Positions 40,343 to 51,036 of a DNA stretch of 64,000 bases are shown one piece after another. Each line of letters opens with the position of its first letter. Within the stretch, counting starts at the first letter, position 1. The notes under the pieces are model-generated. The model was not told the origin of the DNA and did not search any database. It worked only from the letters and a program-made list of their open reading frames with translations. The position numbers were made by a program, and so were the translations under genes. Source of the stretch: an uncultured Marinoscillum sp. (GTDB lineage Bacteria > Bacteroidota > Bacteroidia > Cytophagales > MED-G16); assembly GCA_902634135.1 (NCBI GenBank), contig CACPJB010000001.1, positions 100,106 through 164,105 of the forward strand, in the 5' to 3' direction.

Positions 40343-40343
40343 A

Positions 40344-41396
40344 ATGAGAACAATTAAAGGACCAGCTATTTTTCTTGCACAGTTTATGGATGATAAACCC
40401 CCATTTAATGATATTAAATCAATTTGTAAGTGGGTATCTAATCTAGGTTATAAAGGAGTCCAGATACCTACATGGGATTCTAGATGTATTAACCTTAAGA
40501 AAGTTGCTGAAGATAAGGTTTATGCACAAGAATATAAGTCAATGATAGAATCATGTGGTGTGGAAATCACTGAATTAAGTACGCATCTTCAAGGTCAACT
40601 AGTTGCTGTTAACCCTGCTTATAATACTATGTTTGATGGTTTTGCACCTGTTGAATTTAGAAATAACCCTAAAAAAAGAACTGATTGGGCTATCAATCAA
40701 CTTTTATATGCTGCAAAAGCAAGTAAAAATTTAGGCTTATCTGCTCATGTGACATTTTCAGGAGCCTTAATCTGGCCTTATGTTTATCCATGGCCGCAAA
40801 GACCTAAAGGGTTAGTTTCAACAGGATTTAATGAGTTAGCAAAAAGATGGGGCCCAATTTTAGATGAATTTGATAATAATGGAGTCGATTTATGTTTTGA
40901 AATTCATCCAGGTGAAGATCTGCATGATGGACTTACTTTTGAAAGATTTTACTCTGCAACTAATAATCATTCAAGGGTTAAAATGCTATATGATCCAAGT
41001 CATTATATTTTACAACAAATGGACTATTTAAGTAACATAGATATTTATCATGATTTTATTAAGATGTTTCATGTTAAAGATGCAGAATTTAATCCTTCTG
41101 GAAAAGCTGGTGTTTATGGAGGCTATGCTGACTGGATTGAAAGACCAGGGAGATTTAGATCTCTTGGAGATGGTCAAATTGATTTTAAGTCAATTTTTTC
41201 AAAATTAACTCAATATGGATTTGATGGTTGGGCAGTTTTAGAATGGGAATGTTGTATAAAAAATAATAAACAAGGTGCCAAAGAGGGAGCAAAATTCATT
41301 AATGATCATATAATCCAAGTTACGGAGAAGACTTTCGATGATTTTGCAGATTCAGGTTCCGATCAAGAAGGTATCAATAAAATTTTAGGAATTTAA
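40344..41396 (+). CDS. Sugar phosphate isomerase/epimerase (xylose isomerase-like TIM barrel)
   Basis: 350 aa. Pattern FEIHPGE...HVKD...EWE is typical of the AP_endonuc_2/TIM-barrel family. Paired with the upstream Gfo/Idh/MocA gene. Confidence 0.75.
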   Translation: MRTIKGPAIFLAQFMDDKPPFNDIKSICKWVSNLGYKGVQIPTWDSRCINLKKVAEDKVYAQEYKSMIESCGVEITELSTHLQGQLVAVNPAYNTMFDGFAPVEFRNNPKKRTDWAINQLLYAAKASKNLGLSAHVTFSGALIWPYVYPWPQRPKGLVSTGFNELAKRWGPILDEFDNNGVDLCFEIHPGEDLHDGLTFERFYSATNNHSRVKMLYDPSHYILQQMDYLSNIDIYHDFIKMFHVKDAEFNPSGKAGVYGGYADWIERPGRFRSLGDGQIDFKSIFSKLTQYGFDGWAVLEWECCIKNNKQGAKEGAKFINDHIIQVTEKTFDDFADSGSDQEGINKILGI

Positions 41397-41397
41397 T

Positions 41398-41727
41398 TTA
41401 AATTTTATTTTTAATCCCAATTAGCTTTTCTTTTACTTTTTCAAGCTGATTTATTATTTTCTTGTCAGAGGAAATATTTTTTCTTGTTAGCTCTTTTTTA
41501 GCTCCTTCAATTGTAAATCCATCTTTCTTTAATAAATCATGAATCTTTTTTATTATCTCAATATCATTTAATCTATACTTTCTTGATCCTTTTTTATTTT
41601 TTTTTGGATTTAATATTTCAAACTCAGATTCCCAGAATCTTAACTGAGAAGTATTTATTTCAAATTTTTGCGCTACTTCTCCAATAGTAAAATATTTTTT
41701 TGTTATTTCCTTTTCTTTGTAAGGCAT
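41398..41727 (-). CDS. MerR family transcriptional regulator
   Basis: HTH segment YFTIGEVAQKFEINTSQLRFWESEF; 109 aa. Confidence 0.8.
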   Translation of the reverse strand: MPYKEKEITKKYFTIGEVAQKFEINTSQLRFWESEFEILNPKKNKKGSRKYRLNDIEIIKKIHDLLKKDGFTIEGAKKELTRKNISSDKKIINQLEKVKEKLIGIKNKI

Positions 41728-41729
41728 AA

Positions 41730-42716
41730 TTAAAATGTTGAACCAAGAGCTTGATTTTCAACAGAGGCTAATTTTATAACTTCTTCATATTCATTAGGTG
41801 TTAAATCGTTGAAGAAAAAGTTAATTGGATTAACTTTTTTGCCATTTTTATGTACTTCATAATGAAGGTGCGGTGCTGTTGATCTTCCAGAATTACCACT
41901 ATAAGCAATTAATTCGCCTCTTTTAACCTTTTGACCTCTTCTTACATTAAACTTGTCCAAGTGTCCATAAACAGTCTTATAGCCATTACCGTGATCTATA
42001 TAAATATATTTTCCTAAACCACCAAATGAAGATTTTAAAATACTAACCCTTCCATTAGCTGTAGCATAAACAGGAGTCCCTTTTGGTAGAGAAAAGTCTT
42101 GGCCATAATGCATCCTTTTAACTTTAAGAAAGGGATCTATTCTAGTTCCATATCCTGAAGATACTCTTTTCAGATCCTTATTAGAAACAGGCTGAATTGC
42201 TGGTATTGATGCAACTAATTCTTCTTTATTGTTTGCCATATCTAATAGTTCATCATATGACTTCGTTTGGATATATAATTTTCTCTTAAGTTCATCTATT
42301 TTTGCATAATTATCTATTATTATATCTTCTCTCTCTAAATTACCCTCAATCAATTCTTTATATCTATTAATACCACCTATACCAGCTTGTCTAATTGTAT
42401 TTGGAATTGGTTCTGCCTCAAATATTATTCTGTATACATTATCATCTCTCTCCTCCAAATTATTAAGCATTTTGTAGGCAACATTTACTTCTTTATTTAA
42501 TATTTCATAATGGGTTAGTAGTTCTTGATTTTCTTTTTTGAGTTGAATTATTTTGGGAGATTCAAAATATCTATCATAAATATTTAAAAAAATAAAACTT
42601 GATAACAAAACGATAGATAAAAATCCAATTATTTTAAGGAATATATCTTTATTTGTCTTCTTTATCTTTTCGAACCTACAAGTTTCTGGGTTATAATAAT
42701 ATTTATGTTTGCTCAT
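41730..42716 (-). CDS. M23 family metallopeptidase (membrane-anchored)
   Basis: N-terminal TM and coiled-coil region, with M23 motifs HYGQDF and GNSGRSTAPHLHYEV. Confidence 0.85.
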   Translation of the reverse strand: MSKHKYYYNPETCRFEKIKKTNKDIFLKIIGFLSIVLLSSFIFLNIYDRYFESPKIIQLKKENQELLTHYEILNKEVNVAYKMLNNLEERDDNVYRIIFEAEPIPNTIRQAGIGGINRYKELIEGNLEREDIIIDNYAKIDELKRKLYIQTKSYDELLDMANNKEELVASIPAIQPVSNKDLKRVSSGYGTRIDPFLKVKRMHYGQDFSLPKGTPVYATANGRVSILKSSFGGLGKYIYIDHGNGYKTVYGHLDKFNVRRGQKVKRGELIAYSGNSGRSTAPHLHYEVHKNGKKVNPINFFFNDLTPNEYEEVIKLASVENQALGSTF

Positions 42717-42788
42717 AATTAGATTAAAATAGCCTAATTTAGTTTATTAGTTATGCAAAAATAAAAATATTCGTCAATTTTAGTTTAA

Positions 42789-45422
42789 ATGAACTCTAAA
42801 AAAATAAGAAAAATATTTTTTGATTACTTTAAAAGTAAAAATCATAAGATAATTCAATCAGCACCGATTACTATAAAAGATGATCCAACACTTATGTTTA
42901 CTAATGCTGGCATGAATCAATTCAAAAATATTTTTTTAGGAAATGAATTGCCTTCAAATAAAAGAATTGCAAATACACAAAAGTGTCTTAGAGTAAGTGG
43001 GAAACATAATGATCTAGAAGAAGTTGGAATTGATAAATACCATCATACTATGTTTGAAATGTTGGGGAATTGGTCTTTTGGAGATTATTTTAAAAAAGAT
43101 GCAATTAACTGGGCATGGGATTTATTAGTAAACCATTATAATCTTGATAAAAATAGATTATTTGTCACTGTTTTTGGTGGTGATAAAAAAGATAATCTAA
43201 GTAGAGACCATGAAGCGGTAGAAATATGGAAGAATATTTTAGAAGAGTCAAAAATAGTTGATGGATCAAAAAAAGATAATTTTTGGGAAATGGGTGATTC
43301 GGGTCCTTGTGGTCCATGTTCCGAAATTCATATAGATTTAAGAAGTGAATCTGAAATAAATAAAAATCCCACAAAAAATTTAATCAATAAAGATCATCCA
43401 GAGGTTATTGAAATATGGAATTTAGTATTCATTGAGTTTAATAGGAAAAAGGATGGTTCTTTGGAGCCTCTTCCAAATAAACATGTAGATACAGGTATGG
43501 GGCTAGAAAGACTTTCTATGGCTATAGAGGGTTTACATTCAACCTATGATACAGATTTATTCACGAAAATTTTAGATGATATTTCAAATATATCAGATCT
43601 AAAATACGCAAAAAACGAAATGCATGATATAGCTTTTAGAGTGATTTCTGATCATGTTAGAGCTATTGTATTCACTATTTCTGATGGAGCAATACCCTCA
43701 AATAATAAGTCTGGATATGTAGTAAGAAGAATTTTGAGGAGAGCTGTTAGGTATGGATATTCCTCATTAAATCTTAAATCCCCTTTTTTAAATATTCTTG
43801 CTAAAACTGTTATCAATGAGTATAAGAGTGTTTTTTATAATCTTTCAGATCAAGAAGATTTTATTGTCAATGTTATTTTGGAAGAAGAAAAAACATTTTT
43901 AAAAACTCTTGCAAAAGGATTAAAAAAAATTAATACTATAAAAAAAGAGATCAAAAAAACTAATAAAGAGATACCAGGTGAGTTAGCATTTGAATTATAT
44001 GATACATATGGTTTTCCATTTGATTTGACTGAATTAATTGCAAGAGAAAGTGATTTACTTGTAAATAAAGATGATTTTGATAAATACCTTAATAAACAAA
44101 GAAATAGGTCAAGAACTAATTCAATAAATAGTTCAGAAGATTGGATAAATATTAAAGATGATCAAGAAACAAATTTTGTAGGGTATAATAATTATGAGAC
44201 AGAGTCTTCAATTATTAAATATAGAGAAGTTAAAGATAATGATAAATTAAATTTTCAACTTGTTCTTAATAAAACTCCTTTTTATCCTGAATCTGGAGGA
44301 CAGGTTGGTGACACTGGGAAACTAAAAAATGATATTGAGGAAATTAATGTTTTAAATACCTTTAAGGAAAATGATTTAATAATACATTTAGTAGATAAAC
44401 TTCCTAAAAATTTAAAGTCGAAATATTTTGCTGAAATAAATAGTTTTAGAAGAAATCTTATATCAAAAAATCATTCTGCTACTCACTTACTTCATTCTGC
44501 CTTAAGAGAAGTTTTAGGAGATCATGTAACTCAAAAGGGGTCATTAGTTAATGATAAGCTTTTAAGATTTGATTTTTCTCATTTTTCAAAGATATCTGAA
44601 GAAGAACTTACCAAAATTAATAGTATAGTAAACAACAAAATTTATGAAAATATTAATGTAGATATTTTAGAAAATATAACAATTGACAAAGCAAAAAAGA
44701 TGGGAGCTATGGCTCTTTTTGGTGAAAAATATGGTGAAAAAGTTAGGATTGTTATTATTGATGATACTTTTTCTATTGAACTATGTGGAGGCACTCATGT
44801 ATCTTCAACCTCAGAAATTGGATTATTTAAAATAATTTCTGAAAGTTCTATTTCTTCTGGTGTTAGAAGGTTAGAAGCACTTACTTCTTTAGAATTAAGT
44901 AATTTTTCTGATCACGAATTTAATAATATTAAAAAAATAAAAGACTTATTAAAATCAAATGATCCTTTAGAATCAATTAAAAATCTTTTAAAGAAAAATA
45001 AGTCTATAGAACAAAGAATTGATAAAATTAATTTAATTAGAAAAAAACAAATTAAAGATCAGTTAAAGAATAATATTGAAAACTTTGGTAGTTCTAAATT
45101 TATTTTCAAACACTTTAAGGACGAAGAAATGGATTTAGTTAAACAAATTGCTTTTGAATTAGATAAAGATTTAAAAAATCTTATTTTTTTAGCAACGATA
45201 GAAAACTCTTTTAAGCCTTTTATAATTATTCTTATTTCTAAAAATTTAGTTAATGATAATGAAATGGATGCTAGAAATATTATAAAAACATTATCAAAAA
45301 ACATAGATGGTTCGGGGGGTGGTCAGAATTTCTTGTCTACTGCAGGAGGTAAGAAAGTTGAAGGATTAGAAATTGTAAAAAAAGAAGGCATAGCCTATTT
45401 TAAAAAGGTATTAAACAATTAA
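42789..45422 (+). CDS. alaS: Alanine--tRNA ligase
   Basis: 877 aa with HHTMFEMLGNWSFGDYFK and editing-domain motifs HSATHLLH and CGGTH. Confidence 0.97.
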   Translation: MNSKKIRKIFFDYFKSKNHKIIQSAPITIKDDPTLMFTNAGMNQFKNIFLGNELPSNKRIANTQKCLRVSGKHNDLEEVGIDKYHHTMFEMLGNWSFGDYFKKDAINWAWDLLVNHYNLDKNRLFVTVFGGDKKDNLSRDHEAVEIWKNILEESKIVDGSKKDNFWEMGDSGPCGPCSEIHIDLRSESEINKNPTKNLINKDHPEVIEIWNLVFIEFNRKKDGSLEPLPNKHVDTGMGLERLSMAIEGLHSTYDTDLFTKILDDISNISDLKYAKNEMHDIAFRVISDHVRAIVFTISDGAIPSNNKSGYVVRRILRRAVRYGYSSLNLKSPFLNILAKTVINEYKSVFYNLSDQEDFIVNVILEEEKTFLKTLAKGLKKINTIKKEIKKTNKEIPGELAFELYDTYGFPFDLTELIARESDLLVNKDDFDKYLNKQRNRSRTNSINSSEDWINIKDDQETNFVGYNNYETESSIIKYREVKDNDKLNFQLVLNKTPFYPESGGQVGDTGKLKNDIEEINVLNTFKENDLIIHLVDKLPKNLKSKYFAEINSFRRNLISKNHSATHLLHSALREVLGDHVTQKGSLVNDKLLRFDFSHFSKISEEELTKINSIVNNKIYENINVDILENITIDKAKKMGAMALFGEKYGEKVRIVIIDDTFSIELCGGTHVSSTSEIGLFKIISESSISSGVRRLEALTSLELSNFSDHEFNNIKKIKDLLKSNDPLESIKNLLKKNKSIEQRIDKINLIRKKQIKDQLKNNIENFGSSKFIFKHFKDEEMDLVKQIAFELDKDLKNLIFLATIENSFKPFIIILISKNLVNDNEMDARNIIKTLSKNIDGSGGGQNFLSTAGGKKVEGLEIVKKEGIAYFKKVLNN

Positions 45423-45476
45423 TATTTTTTAACGTTTTACTATTTTGTAATAGATAATATAATATTTTATTTACAG

Positions 45477-46589
45477 GTGAAAGTTCTCAATATCATATAT
45501 CCTTTATTATTATTTATATCATGCACGACCTCATATGATTCTTCAAATGAAATCTCAGTTGTTTTAGAAATATATGGTGAAGATAATAACGGTGAAGTTA
45601 GACTTCAAAAAGTAAATTCTGATTATTCAATAGAACTTATACAAACTTCAAATTTTGTTGATAATAAAATTGAATTTATAGTTTTTAATTCTGAAGTATC
45701 TTTATACAGAGTTGACATTTTGGGTAAAAGTAGTTTAGATCTAATATTAAATAAGAGTAATATTAATATTAAAATTAATGATATTAAGTCATCTACTACT
45801 TATACGATTGAAGGTTCAAATGACACCGATATCTTGAATCAAATAGGAAGTAAAATAACTTCCTATCGAAACGAAGTCAGAGAATTAAATAGAGCTTTTT
45901 TTGATGCTAATGAAGAAAAAGATATTTCTAAAATTAATAGTTTGAGAGAAGAAGCATCATTTAAAAAAAACCAATTTGAAATATCTTTAAAAGAATTTTT
46001 GAACAAATTAAATAATTCACTTGCAGTTATTTTATCAGCAAGTTATTTGCCGATTGGTGATAATATAAATTTTTGGGAAGGAATTTATAATAAGTATTAT
46101 GATGAATTTAATTCAAATACATATTTTCAAAAATTTGAAGAAAATTTTCTTAAGTTAAAAGCTGTTTCAGTTGGTAGTATTGCACCTGAAATAATATTAA
46201 ATGATACGATAGGAAACCCTATATCTTTATCTTCTCTCAGGGGAAAATTTGTTTTGCTTGATTTTTGGGCTGCTTGGTGCAGACCATGTCGTGAGGAAAA
46301 CCCAAATATTGTAAAAAATTATAATTTATTTAAAGATAAGGGCTTAGAAATTTATCAGGTTTCTTTAGATAGAAAAAGAGAGGATTGGGTAAGAGGTATA
46401 AAACAAGATAAACTTCCTTGGATTAATGTTTCTGACTTAAAATATTATCAATCTGAAGCAGCTTTATTATATAATATAGATAGAATTCCTAGTGTTTTTT
46501 TATTGGATCCACAGGGTAAAATAATTGCAAAAGACATTGAATTAAGGGGCCCTAATTTATTAATTAAACTAAATGAAGTTCTTAATTAA
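45477..46589 (+). CDS. TlpA-like thiol:disulfide oxidoreductase lipoprotein (thioredoxin fold, N-terminal extra domain)
   Basis: GTG start, lipobox LLFISC, and a C-terminal thioredoxin motif, WAAWCRPC. Confidence 0.8.
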   Translation: MKVLNIIYPLLLFISCTTSYDSSNEISVVLEIYGEDNNGEVRLQKVNSDYSIELIQTSNFVDNKIEFIVFNSEVSLYRVDILGKSSLDLILNKSNINIKINDIKSSTTYTIEGSNDTDILNQIGSKITSYRNEVRELNRAFFDANEEKDISKINSLREEASFKKNQFEISLKEFLNKLNNSLAVILSASYLPIGDNINFWEGIYNKYYDEFNSNTYFQKFEENFLKLKAVSVGSIAPEIILNDTIGNPISLSSLRGKFVLLDFWAAWCRPCREENPNIVKNYNLFKDKGLEIYQVSLDRKREDWVRGIKQDKLPWINVSDLKYYQSEAALLYNIDRIPSVFLLDPQGKIIAKDIELRGPNLLIKLNEVLN

Positions 46590-47097
46590 AAATTGATTTT
46601 AGTTCATCGGCTTCTTCAGGCTTCATTTTACCTGCTAAAATTAATCTAAGCTGTCTCCTCCTTAAGGCTCCATCATAGAGTTTTCTTTCCTCTTCAGTTT
46701 TAGGTTGAACTTCAATAGATTTTACTGGTTTGCTATTTTTATCTAAAGTCACAAATGTGAAAAAAGCATTATTGCTTATAATAGATTTTCCTGTTTTTCT
46801 ATTTTGTGTTGTTACTTCTAAATATATTTCCATAGATGAATTAAAAACTCTAGTTATAAAAGCATTAATTGTGACAATATCTCCCTTATAAACGGGAGAT
46901 TTAAAAGATATATTATCAACTGATGCAGTAACTGCTATTTTTTTTGTGTTCTTATATGCACATATTCCTGCAGCCATATCCATCCAATACATTAACTTTC
47001 CTCCAAATAATGTGTTTAAGTTATTAGTATGATTTGGTAGAACCATTTCACTAATACTTACCTTTGTTTTACTACAATCAATTTTTTTATCTTTCAT
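46582..47097 (-). CDS. Acyl-CoA thioesterase (hotdog fold)
   Basis: 171 aa with MVLPNHTNNLNTLFGGKLMYWMD, as in YciA/Acot-type thioesterases. Confidence 0.8.
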   Translation of the reverse strand: MKDKKIDCSKTKVSISEMVLPNHTNNLNTLFGGKLMYWMDMAAGICAYKNTKKIAVTASVDNISFKSPVYKGDIVTINAFITRVFNSSMEIYLEVTTQNRKTGKSIISNNAFFTFVTLDKNSKPVKSIEVQPKTEEERKLYDGALRRRQLRLILAGKMKPEEADELKSIFN

Positions 47098-47127
47098 AAA
47101 TTAATTTTTTGTCACAAATTTAACTTA

Positions 47128-47135
47128 TACTTTTG
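47128..47135 (+). promoter_or_regulatory. Candidate -7 promoter box (TACTTTTG) for ribE
   Basis: Exact TAnnTTTG match 22 nt upstream of the ribE ATG, with a TTG at 47109-47111 (16-nt spacer). Confidence 0.35.
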
Positions 47136-47157
47136 CAATCTAATATTATTTAAAAAA

Positions 47158-47742
47158 ATGTTTACAGGAATAATTGAGTCAACAGGTGTTGTAAAATCGA
47201 TTAAACATAATAAAAAAAATCTTGATATTATTATATCTAGTTCTTTAAGCTCTAAACTTAAAATTGATGAAAGTTTGAGTCATAACGGAGTATGTTTAAC
47301 AATAACTAATTCTAATAGTAAAAATCATTCTGTAACTGTTATAAATGAAAGCATCAAAAAATCAAATTTCTCTGAAATCAAAATTGGTTCTTTAATTAAT
47401 TTAGAGAGAAGCATGAAAATTGGTGATAGACTAGATGGTCATATAGTACAAGGCCATGTAGATGAAACTGCCAAATGTGTTGAAAAAATAGATCAAGAAA
47501 ATAGTTGGATTTATGTTTTTGAATATCCTAATAAGTTTAATGATTATATAATTGAGAAGGGTTCAATTTGTATTAATGGGGTTAGTCTAACCTGTTTTGA
47601 TTTAAGAAATAATACTTTTTCTGTTGCAATAATTCCACATACTTATCATAAAACAAATTTTAACTTATTAGACGTAGGGGACATCGTAAATTTAGAATTT
47701 GATATGATAGGAAAATATATAAATAAAATATCTAGGAGATAG
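47158..47742 (+). CDS. ribE: Riboflavin synthase alpha chain
   Basis: N-terminus MFTGIIESTGVV and two lumazine-binding repeats (SHNGVCLT / CINGVSLT). Confidence 0.9.
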   Translation: MFTGIIESTGVVKSIKHNKKNLDIIISSSLSSKLKIDESLSHNGVCLTITNSNSKNHSVTVINESIKKSNFSEIKIGSLINLERSMKIGDRLDGHIVQGHVDETAKCVEKIDQENSWIYVFEYPNKFNDYIIEKGSICINGVSLTCFDLRNNTFSVAIIPHTYHKTNFNLLDVGDIVNLEFDMIGKYINKISRR

Positions 47743-48361
47743 TTTCAAGTAATAAAGCAATATCCTTGATTAGTCTATTTATTTCTTCTTCAATTGTTCC
47801 ATCATAAACACCTCTAATTTTCTTATTATTATCAACTAACAAAAATGCTCCGCTATGAAGGAACCCTCCTGGTTCGTTTTCATCTTCTATAGCTGTTACC
47901 ATATAGCTATTCATAGCAATACTATATATCTCATCAATATCACCTGTTACAAAATGCCATTTATCAGATGTTACATTTAATCTATCAGAATATTCAGATA
48001 ATACATTTACATTATCATATTGAGGATTAATAGTATGAGATAAGTATTTTACATTATTATTATCTATATACTTATTATAAACTTTAATTAAATTACTTTT
48101 CATCACCGGGCATATTGTAGGGCAAGTTGTAAAGAAAAAATCAGCAACGTAAATGGAGTTTTTAAAAGTCTCATTATTTACTTTAATACTATCTTGATTT
48201 AAAAATTCAAAATCTTTGACACTATGAGGTATTGTATCATATATATACCCATTATCAGTTTCTATTTTTATTATTTCTGATCTTCCATATACAGGTAACT
48301 CTTTATATTCATTAATACATGAAAAATTAAATATGAAAAAAGTTATAATTAAATATTTCAA
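47732..48361 (-). CDS. SCO1/SenC family copper chaperone / thiol-disulfide protein
   Basis: Lipobox FNFSC and CxxxC motif FFTTCPTICP, plus the conserved His (LHSGAFLLVD). Confidence 0.85.
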   Translation of the reverse strand: MKYLIITFFIFNFSCINEYKELPVYGRSEIIKIETDNGYIYDTIPHSVKDFEFLNQDSIKVNNETFKNSIYVADFFFTTCPTICPVMKSNLIKVYNKYIDNNNVKYLSHTINPQYDNVNVLSEYSDRLNVTSDKWHFVTGDIDEIYSIAMNSYMVTAIEDENEPGGFLHSGAFLLVDNNKKIRGVYDGTIEEEINRLIKDIALLLETIS

Positions 48362-48900
48362 ACTATATATTTTTTTGATATACGATAAATTAAAAATGAA
48401 GTTAAGAATCCAACTAAAAATCCAAAAATCACATCTAAAAAGAAATGAACTCCTAAATAGATCCGACTATATCCTACAATAATACTCCAAAGGAAAAGTA
48501 ATTTTAACTTTCTTTTAGAGATCATAAAAAAAATACTTGCTAGAGAAAAAGTAGTTGAGGCATGTGAGGATGCAAAACTAAACTTATTACCACAACCAGA
48601 GACTATATTAATTAATCCAATCATAGTATTATCTTGACATGGTCTCAGTCTTTCAAAATAAGGTTTCATAAAAGAACTAGTAATATGATCAGATATTATA
48701 ACAGATGCTATACAAAGGATAATATTAAATTTAAAATTTTTTGGATCAAATTTCCATAGCCAGTAAATAAGAAATATATAAAGTGGAATCCAAACATATT
48801 TATTACTAATAACTATCATTAAATTATCTAAATAATTAATTGATAGATTATTAATAAATATTGTTATCTCTCTATCTATATTTTCAATATGTTTGAACAA
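48358..48900 (-). CDS. PAP2 family lipid phosphatase
   Basis: PAP2 motifs KPYFERLRP, SFASSHA and SRIYLGVHF. ATGA-type overlap with the SCO1 gene. Confidence 0.8.
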   Translation of the reverse strand: MFKHIENIDREITIFINNLSINYLDNLMIVISNKYVWIPLYIFLIYWLWKFDPKNFKFNIILCIASVIISDHITSSFMKPYFERLRPCQDNTMIGLINIVSGCGNKFSFASSHASTTFSLASIFFMISKRKLKLLFLWSIIVGYSRIYLGVHFFLDVIFGFLVGFLTSFLIYRISKKYIV

Positions 48901-48918
48901 TATGACTAAATTTAATAT

Positions 48919-49650
48919 ATGATATCTAAAACTAAACTTAAATTAATTAAATCACTTAAATATAAGAAGACAAGAGACGATTTAAATCTTTTTTTAGTTG
49001 AGGGTTTAAAAGGTATTCTAGAAGTAAATAATTCTAAATATAAAATAATTTTTACTGTTGTCTCAAACGAAATTTTCAAAAAACATAAGAATGATCTACC
49101 AAAAAGTAATCTTTATGTAGTAGATGCTGAAGAAATAAATAAGTATAGTCTTTTAAAGAAAAATAATATAGGTTTTTGTGTGGTAGAGTTAATTCCTCAT
49201 AAATTTTCTTTAGAAAAATTAGAGAATATTACTATAGCTCTAGACTCAATAAGTGATCCTGGTAATTTAGGAACTATAATAAGGAATGCAGATTGGTATG
49301 GTATTAAAAATATTATTTGTTCAAGAAATACTGTTGATTTTTATAATCCTAAAGTCATTCAATCAAGTATGGGGTCTTTTACAAGGGTTAATGTTTTTTA
49401 TGAGGATTTGGATAAAGTTTTTAATAATAATATATATGTTATAGGAACTACATTGGATCAGAATAAGGTAAATAATTTTAAAGGAATTAAAACTGGAGTA
49501 ATTTTATTTGGTAGTGAATCGAAAGGAATCAGTAAGAAATTAGAAAATTATATTAGTGATTGGATTTCAATAGAAAGGATAGGCAGTGCTGAGTCATTAA
49601 ATGTTTCAGTATCTTCAGGTATAATATTGGAGAAGTTATTAAATAGCTAA
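48919..49650 (+). CDS. TrmH/SpoU family RNA 2'-O-methyltransferase
   Basis: 243 aa with SPOUT motifs DSISDPGNLGTIIRNA, LFGSESKGIS and ESLNVSVSSGIIL. Confidence 0.8.
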   Translation: MISKTKLKLIKSLKYKKTRDDLNLFLVEGLKGILEVNNSKYKIIFTVVSNEIFKKHKNDLPKSNLYVVDAEEINKYSLLKKNNIGFCVVELIPHKFSLEKLENITIALDSISDPGNLGTIIRNADWYGIKNIICSRNTVDFYNPKVIQSSMGSFTRVNVFYEDLDKVFNNNIYVIGTTLDQNKVNNFKGIKTGVILFGSESKGISKKLENYISDWISIERIGSAESLNVSVSSGIILEKLLNS

Positions 49651-49889
49651 GCTTCTTTATTTTTAAACCAAGGAATTTGAAATATTATCAAATAGGATAG
49701 TATTATTGAAGCTATTATAGGTATTAAACTTTTTTCATATTTATTTTGAAGAATTCCCGATTCATCAATAAAAGATTGAGTGTTATTTTCAATCATTATA
49801 GTTTCAATAAATACAAAAAGTGTACCTAATAAAAAAAATAGAATTATAAATCCAACTAGTTTATAGATCAGTCTAAAAGTACTTTTCAT
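49647..49889 (-). CDS. Small hypothetical membrane protein (80 aa)
   Basis: Two hydrophobic segments; downstream of the YhhQ-like gene on the same strand. I recognise no family. Confidence 0.35.
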   Translation of the reverse strand: MKSTFRLIYKLVGFIILFFLLGTLFVFIETIMIENNTQSFIDESGILQNKYEKSLIPIIASIILSYLIIFQIPWFKNKEA

Positions 49890-49906
49890 TTTGTAAATAT
49901 AAAATT

Positions 49907-50662
49907 TTAATTTTTTAGAGCTACTTCCTTAGCTTTTTTTGAAAGTTTTTCACCAAGATAAGTATCAATAAGAAAATGAGAAAGGTATATTAATGGAGTT
50001 ATTAAAATTGCAACAATAAATTTGAATGTATAGTTATCAAACCCAACATTTAAAACTTGATTTATAGACCAAGCTTTACCTTCAGGTGCCAAAAAATAAA
50101 AAGCAATAATAAGTACAATAAAACTATCTATAAACTGTGAGATTAGTGTTGAGCCAGTTGCTCTCAGCCAGATTAATTTTCCTTTTGTAATTTTCTTTAT
50201 TTTTTGGAAAATAAATACATCAAGTAATTGAGCAATTAAAAAGGCAATTACTGATCCAATTATTATACCAGTACTTTGAAGAAAAATAATATTATATGCA
50301 AAGTTTATATTAAATGGATTCCCAGTGTTATCTATTTTATTAATGTCAATCCAATATGAATTAGGAGTTAGTTTAGTTGATAAATAAATAATAAGAAATA
50401 CATATAATATCAATATAATGGTGAAATAACTTATCCTTTTTACTCCTTTTTTCCCAAAATATTCATTAATTATATCAGTAGTAATAAAAACAACGGGCCA
50501 AATTACAACTCCAACAGATAAACTAAATTCTTTAAAAAGCGAAATATCAAAAATTTTTGTACCTAGTATTTCCGCAATTATGGCATTAGTTATAAATACT
50601 CCAGATAGGACAACAAATATCTTATTTAATTTATTACTTTCGATTGAACTAAAGTTATTCAT
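49907..50662 (-). CDS. Queuosine precursor transporter (YhhQ/DUF165, VUT family)
   Basis: 251 aa, polytopic, with VIWPVVFITTDIINEYFGKK and LRATGSTLISQFIDSFIV blocks typical of YhhQ. Confidence 0.75.
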   Translation of the reverse strand: MNNFSSIESNKLNKIFVVLSGVFITNAIIAEILGTKIFDISLFKEFSLSVGVVIWPVVFITTDIINEYFGKKGVKRISYFTIILILYVFLIIYLSTKLTPNSYWIDINKIDNTGNPFNINFAYNIIFLQSTGIIIGSVIAFLIAQLLDVFIFQKIKKITKGKLIWLRATGSTLISQFIDSFIVLIIAFYFLAPEGKAWSINQVLNVGFDNYTFKFIVAILITPLIYLSHFLIDTYLGEKLSKKAKEVALKN

Positions 50663-50670
50663 TATACAAC

Positions 50671-51036
50671 TTAATTCATGCCTTTTTCTATTTCATCAAG
50701 CTGAATAGAGTCTATTGATTCTTGAAGACTTGGTAGTATATCCAAGACAGTATCTAGTTTTGAAATTTTTAATATTTTCTCAATATGATTACTAACATTA
50801 CAGATAATAAAAGAAGAATTTTTCTCTCTAAATGTTCTATTCCCAACTAACATCGCACTTAAACCAGATGAATCCATAAATTTTACATTTTTAAGATCTA
50901 ATATTATATTTTTTGCTCCCTCTACTTCATATGTAACAAGATCTGCTTTTAAAGATGGAGCAAGTACTGAATCTATTTTTTCTTCCTTTGGAGTTAAAAT
51001 ATAGTATAAGTCGTTTTTTTCTATTTCGTATTTCAT
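50671..51036 (-). CDS. STAS domain protein (anti-sigma-factor antagonist, SpoIIAA-like)
   Basis: 121 aa with a conserved phosphorylatable-serine context, FMDSSGLSAMLVG. Confidence 0.75.
   Translation of the reverse strand: MKYEIEKNDLYYILTPKEEKIDSVLAPSLKADLVTYEVEGAKNIILDLKNVKFMDSSGLSAMLVGNRTFREKNSSFIICNVSNHIEKILKISKLDTVLDILPSLQESIDSIQLDEIEKGMN

Noticed and set aside
47098-47157. Possible FMN riboswitch upstream of ribE.
   Set aside because: The gap is only 60 nt and very AT-rich, too short for the ~130-nt or longer FMN aptamer. No conserved GC-rich helices are visible.
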